The notes under the pieces were generated by a model that saw only the letters and a program-made list of their open reading frames with translations, was not told the origin of the DNA and ran no database searches. From Octopus sinensis (Eukaryota): 64,000 nucleotides of DNA. Position numbers and translations under genes: made by a program. This document shows, piece by piece, positions 63,573 through 64,000 of this stretch. The DNA lies in assembly GCF_006345805.1 (NCBI RefSeq), contig NC_042997.1:169942001-170006000 (forward strand). Direction: 5' to 3'. Positions within the stretch are counted from its first letter, which is position 1, and every line of letters begins with the position of its first letter.

Positions 63573-64000
63573 TATATATATATTTATATACATGTACATA
63601 TATGTATATATACATGTATATATATATATACATGTATATATACACACACACACATGTATATATAATAATAATATTAGGGAATAAATTATCATTCCAACCT
63701 TACAGGTAAAATTCAGTATAATAATATTAGACCGAATTTCGTAATATATAATATATGTATATAACTAATTTTATATAACTAAATTAGTTTTATACATGTA
63801 TGTATGTATATATATATATATAGCAAGAAGAAAATGGAGGGAATCCAGAGGTAGTATTCATCAGTTGTTAGATATTATAATATATTTATTTATTAAGTGC
63901 AGTTTCTTACAGCTGTTTCAGCCAAGAGGTCATAGTACCCCATATGTTATTTTCATCTTTTCAGTATATTATAAATCTGTAGATAAAATTAGGGTACTTA

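Noticed and set aside
63670-64000. Penelope-associated terminal repeat
   Set aside because: It resembles such repeats from memory only and is truncated by the window end; no diagnostic motif is visible.

Overview
AT-rich eukaryotic DNA, dense in microsatellites and mobile elements. The tRNA-derived SINE families and RTE tails look like octopod (Octopus-like) cephalopod DNA; this is pattern recognition, not a database match. I can support one protein-coding gene, on the minus strand (ATG 5709 to stop 2176). It has six coding exons with canonical GT-AG sites and consistent phases, and encodes a 330-aa type I membrane protein: signal peptide, 8-Cys SUEL/rhamnose-lectin-like domain, CUB domain, stalk, TM helix and a 36-aa cytoplasmic exon. 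A CpG-rich promoter-like zone lies at about 5.9-7.4 kb. In the remaining ~56 kb I found no supportable host exon. That region holds SINEs, four RTE LINE fragments (one young, with a PHD-finger-like insert), a TSD-bounded hAT/Buster element with a nested Tc1/mariner element, piggyBac, hAT and mariner MITEs, non-autonomous Helitrons, a fold-back element, a T-shaped palindromic element, and Penelope-type repeats carrying a hammerhead-ribozyme-like motif with a shared non-canonical core. Most ORFs in the supplied track are microsatellite or repeat artefacts. Splicing, translations and counts were done by hand; repeat boundaries without TSDs are approximate.
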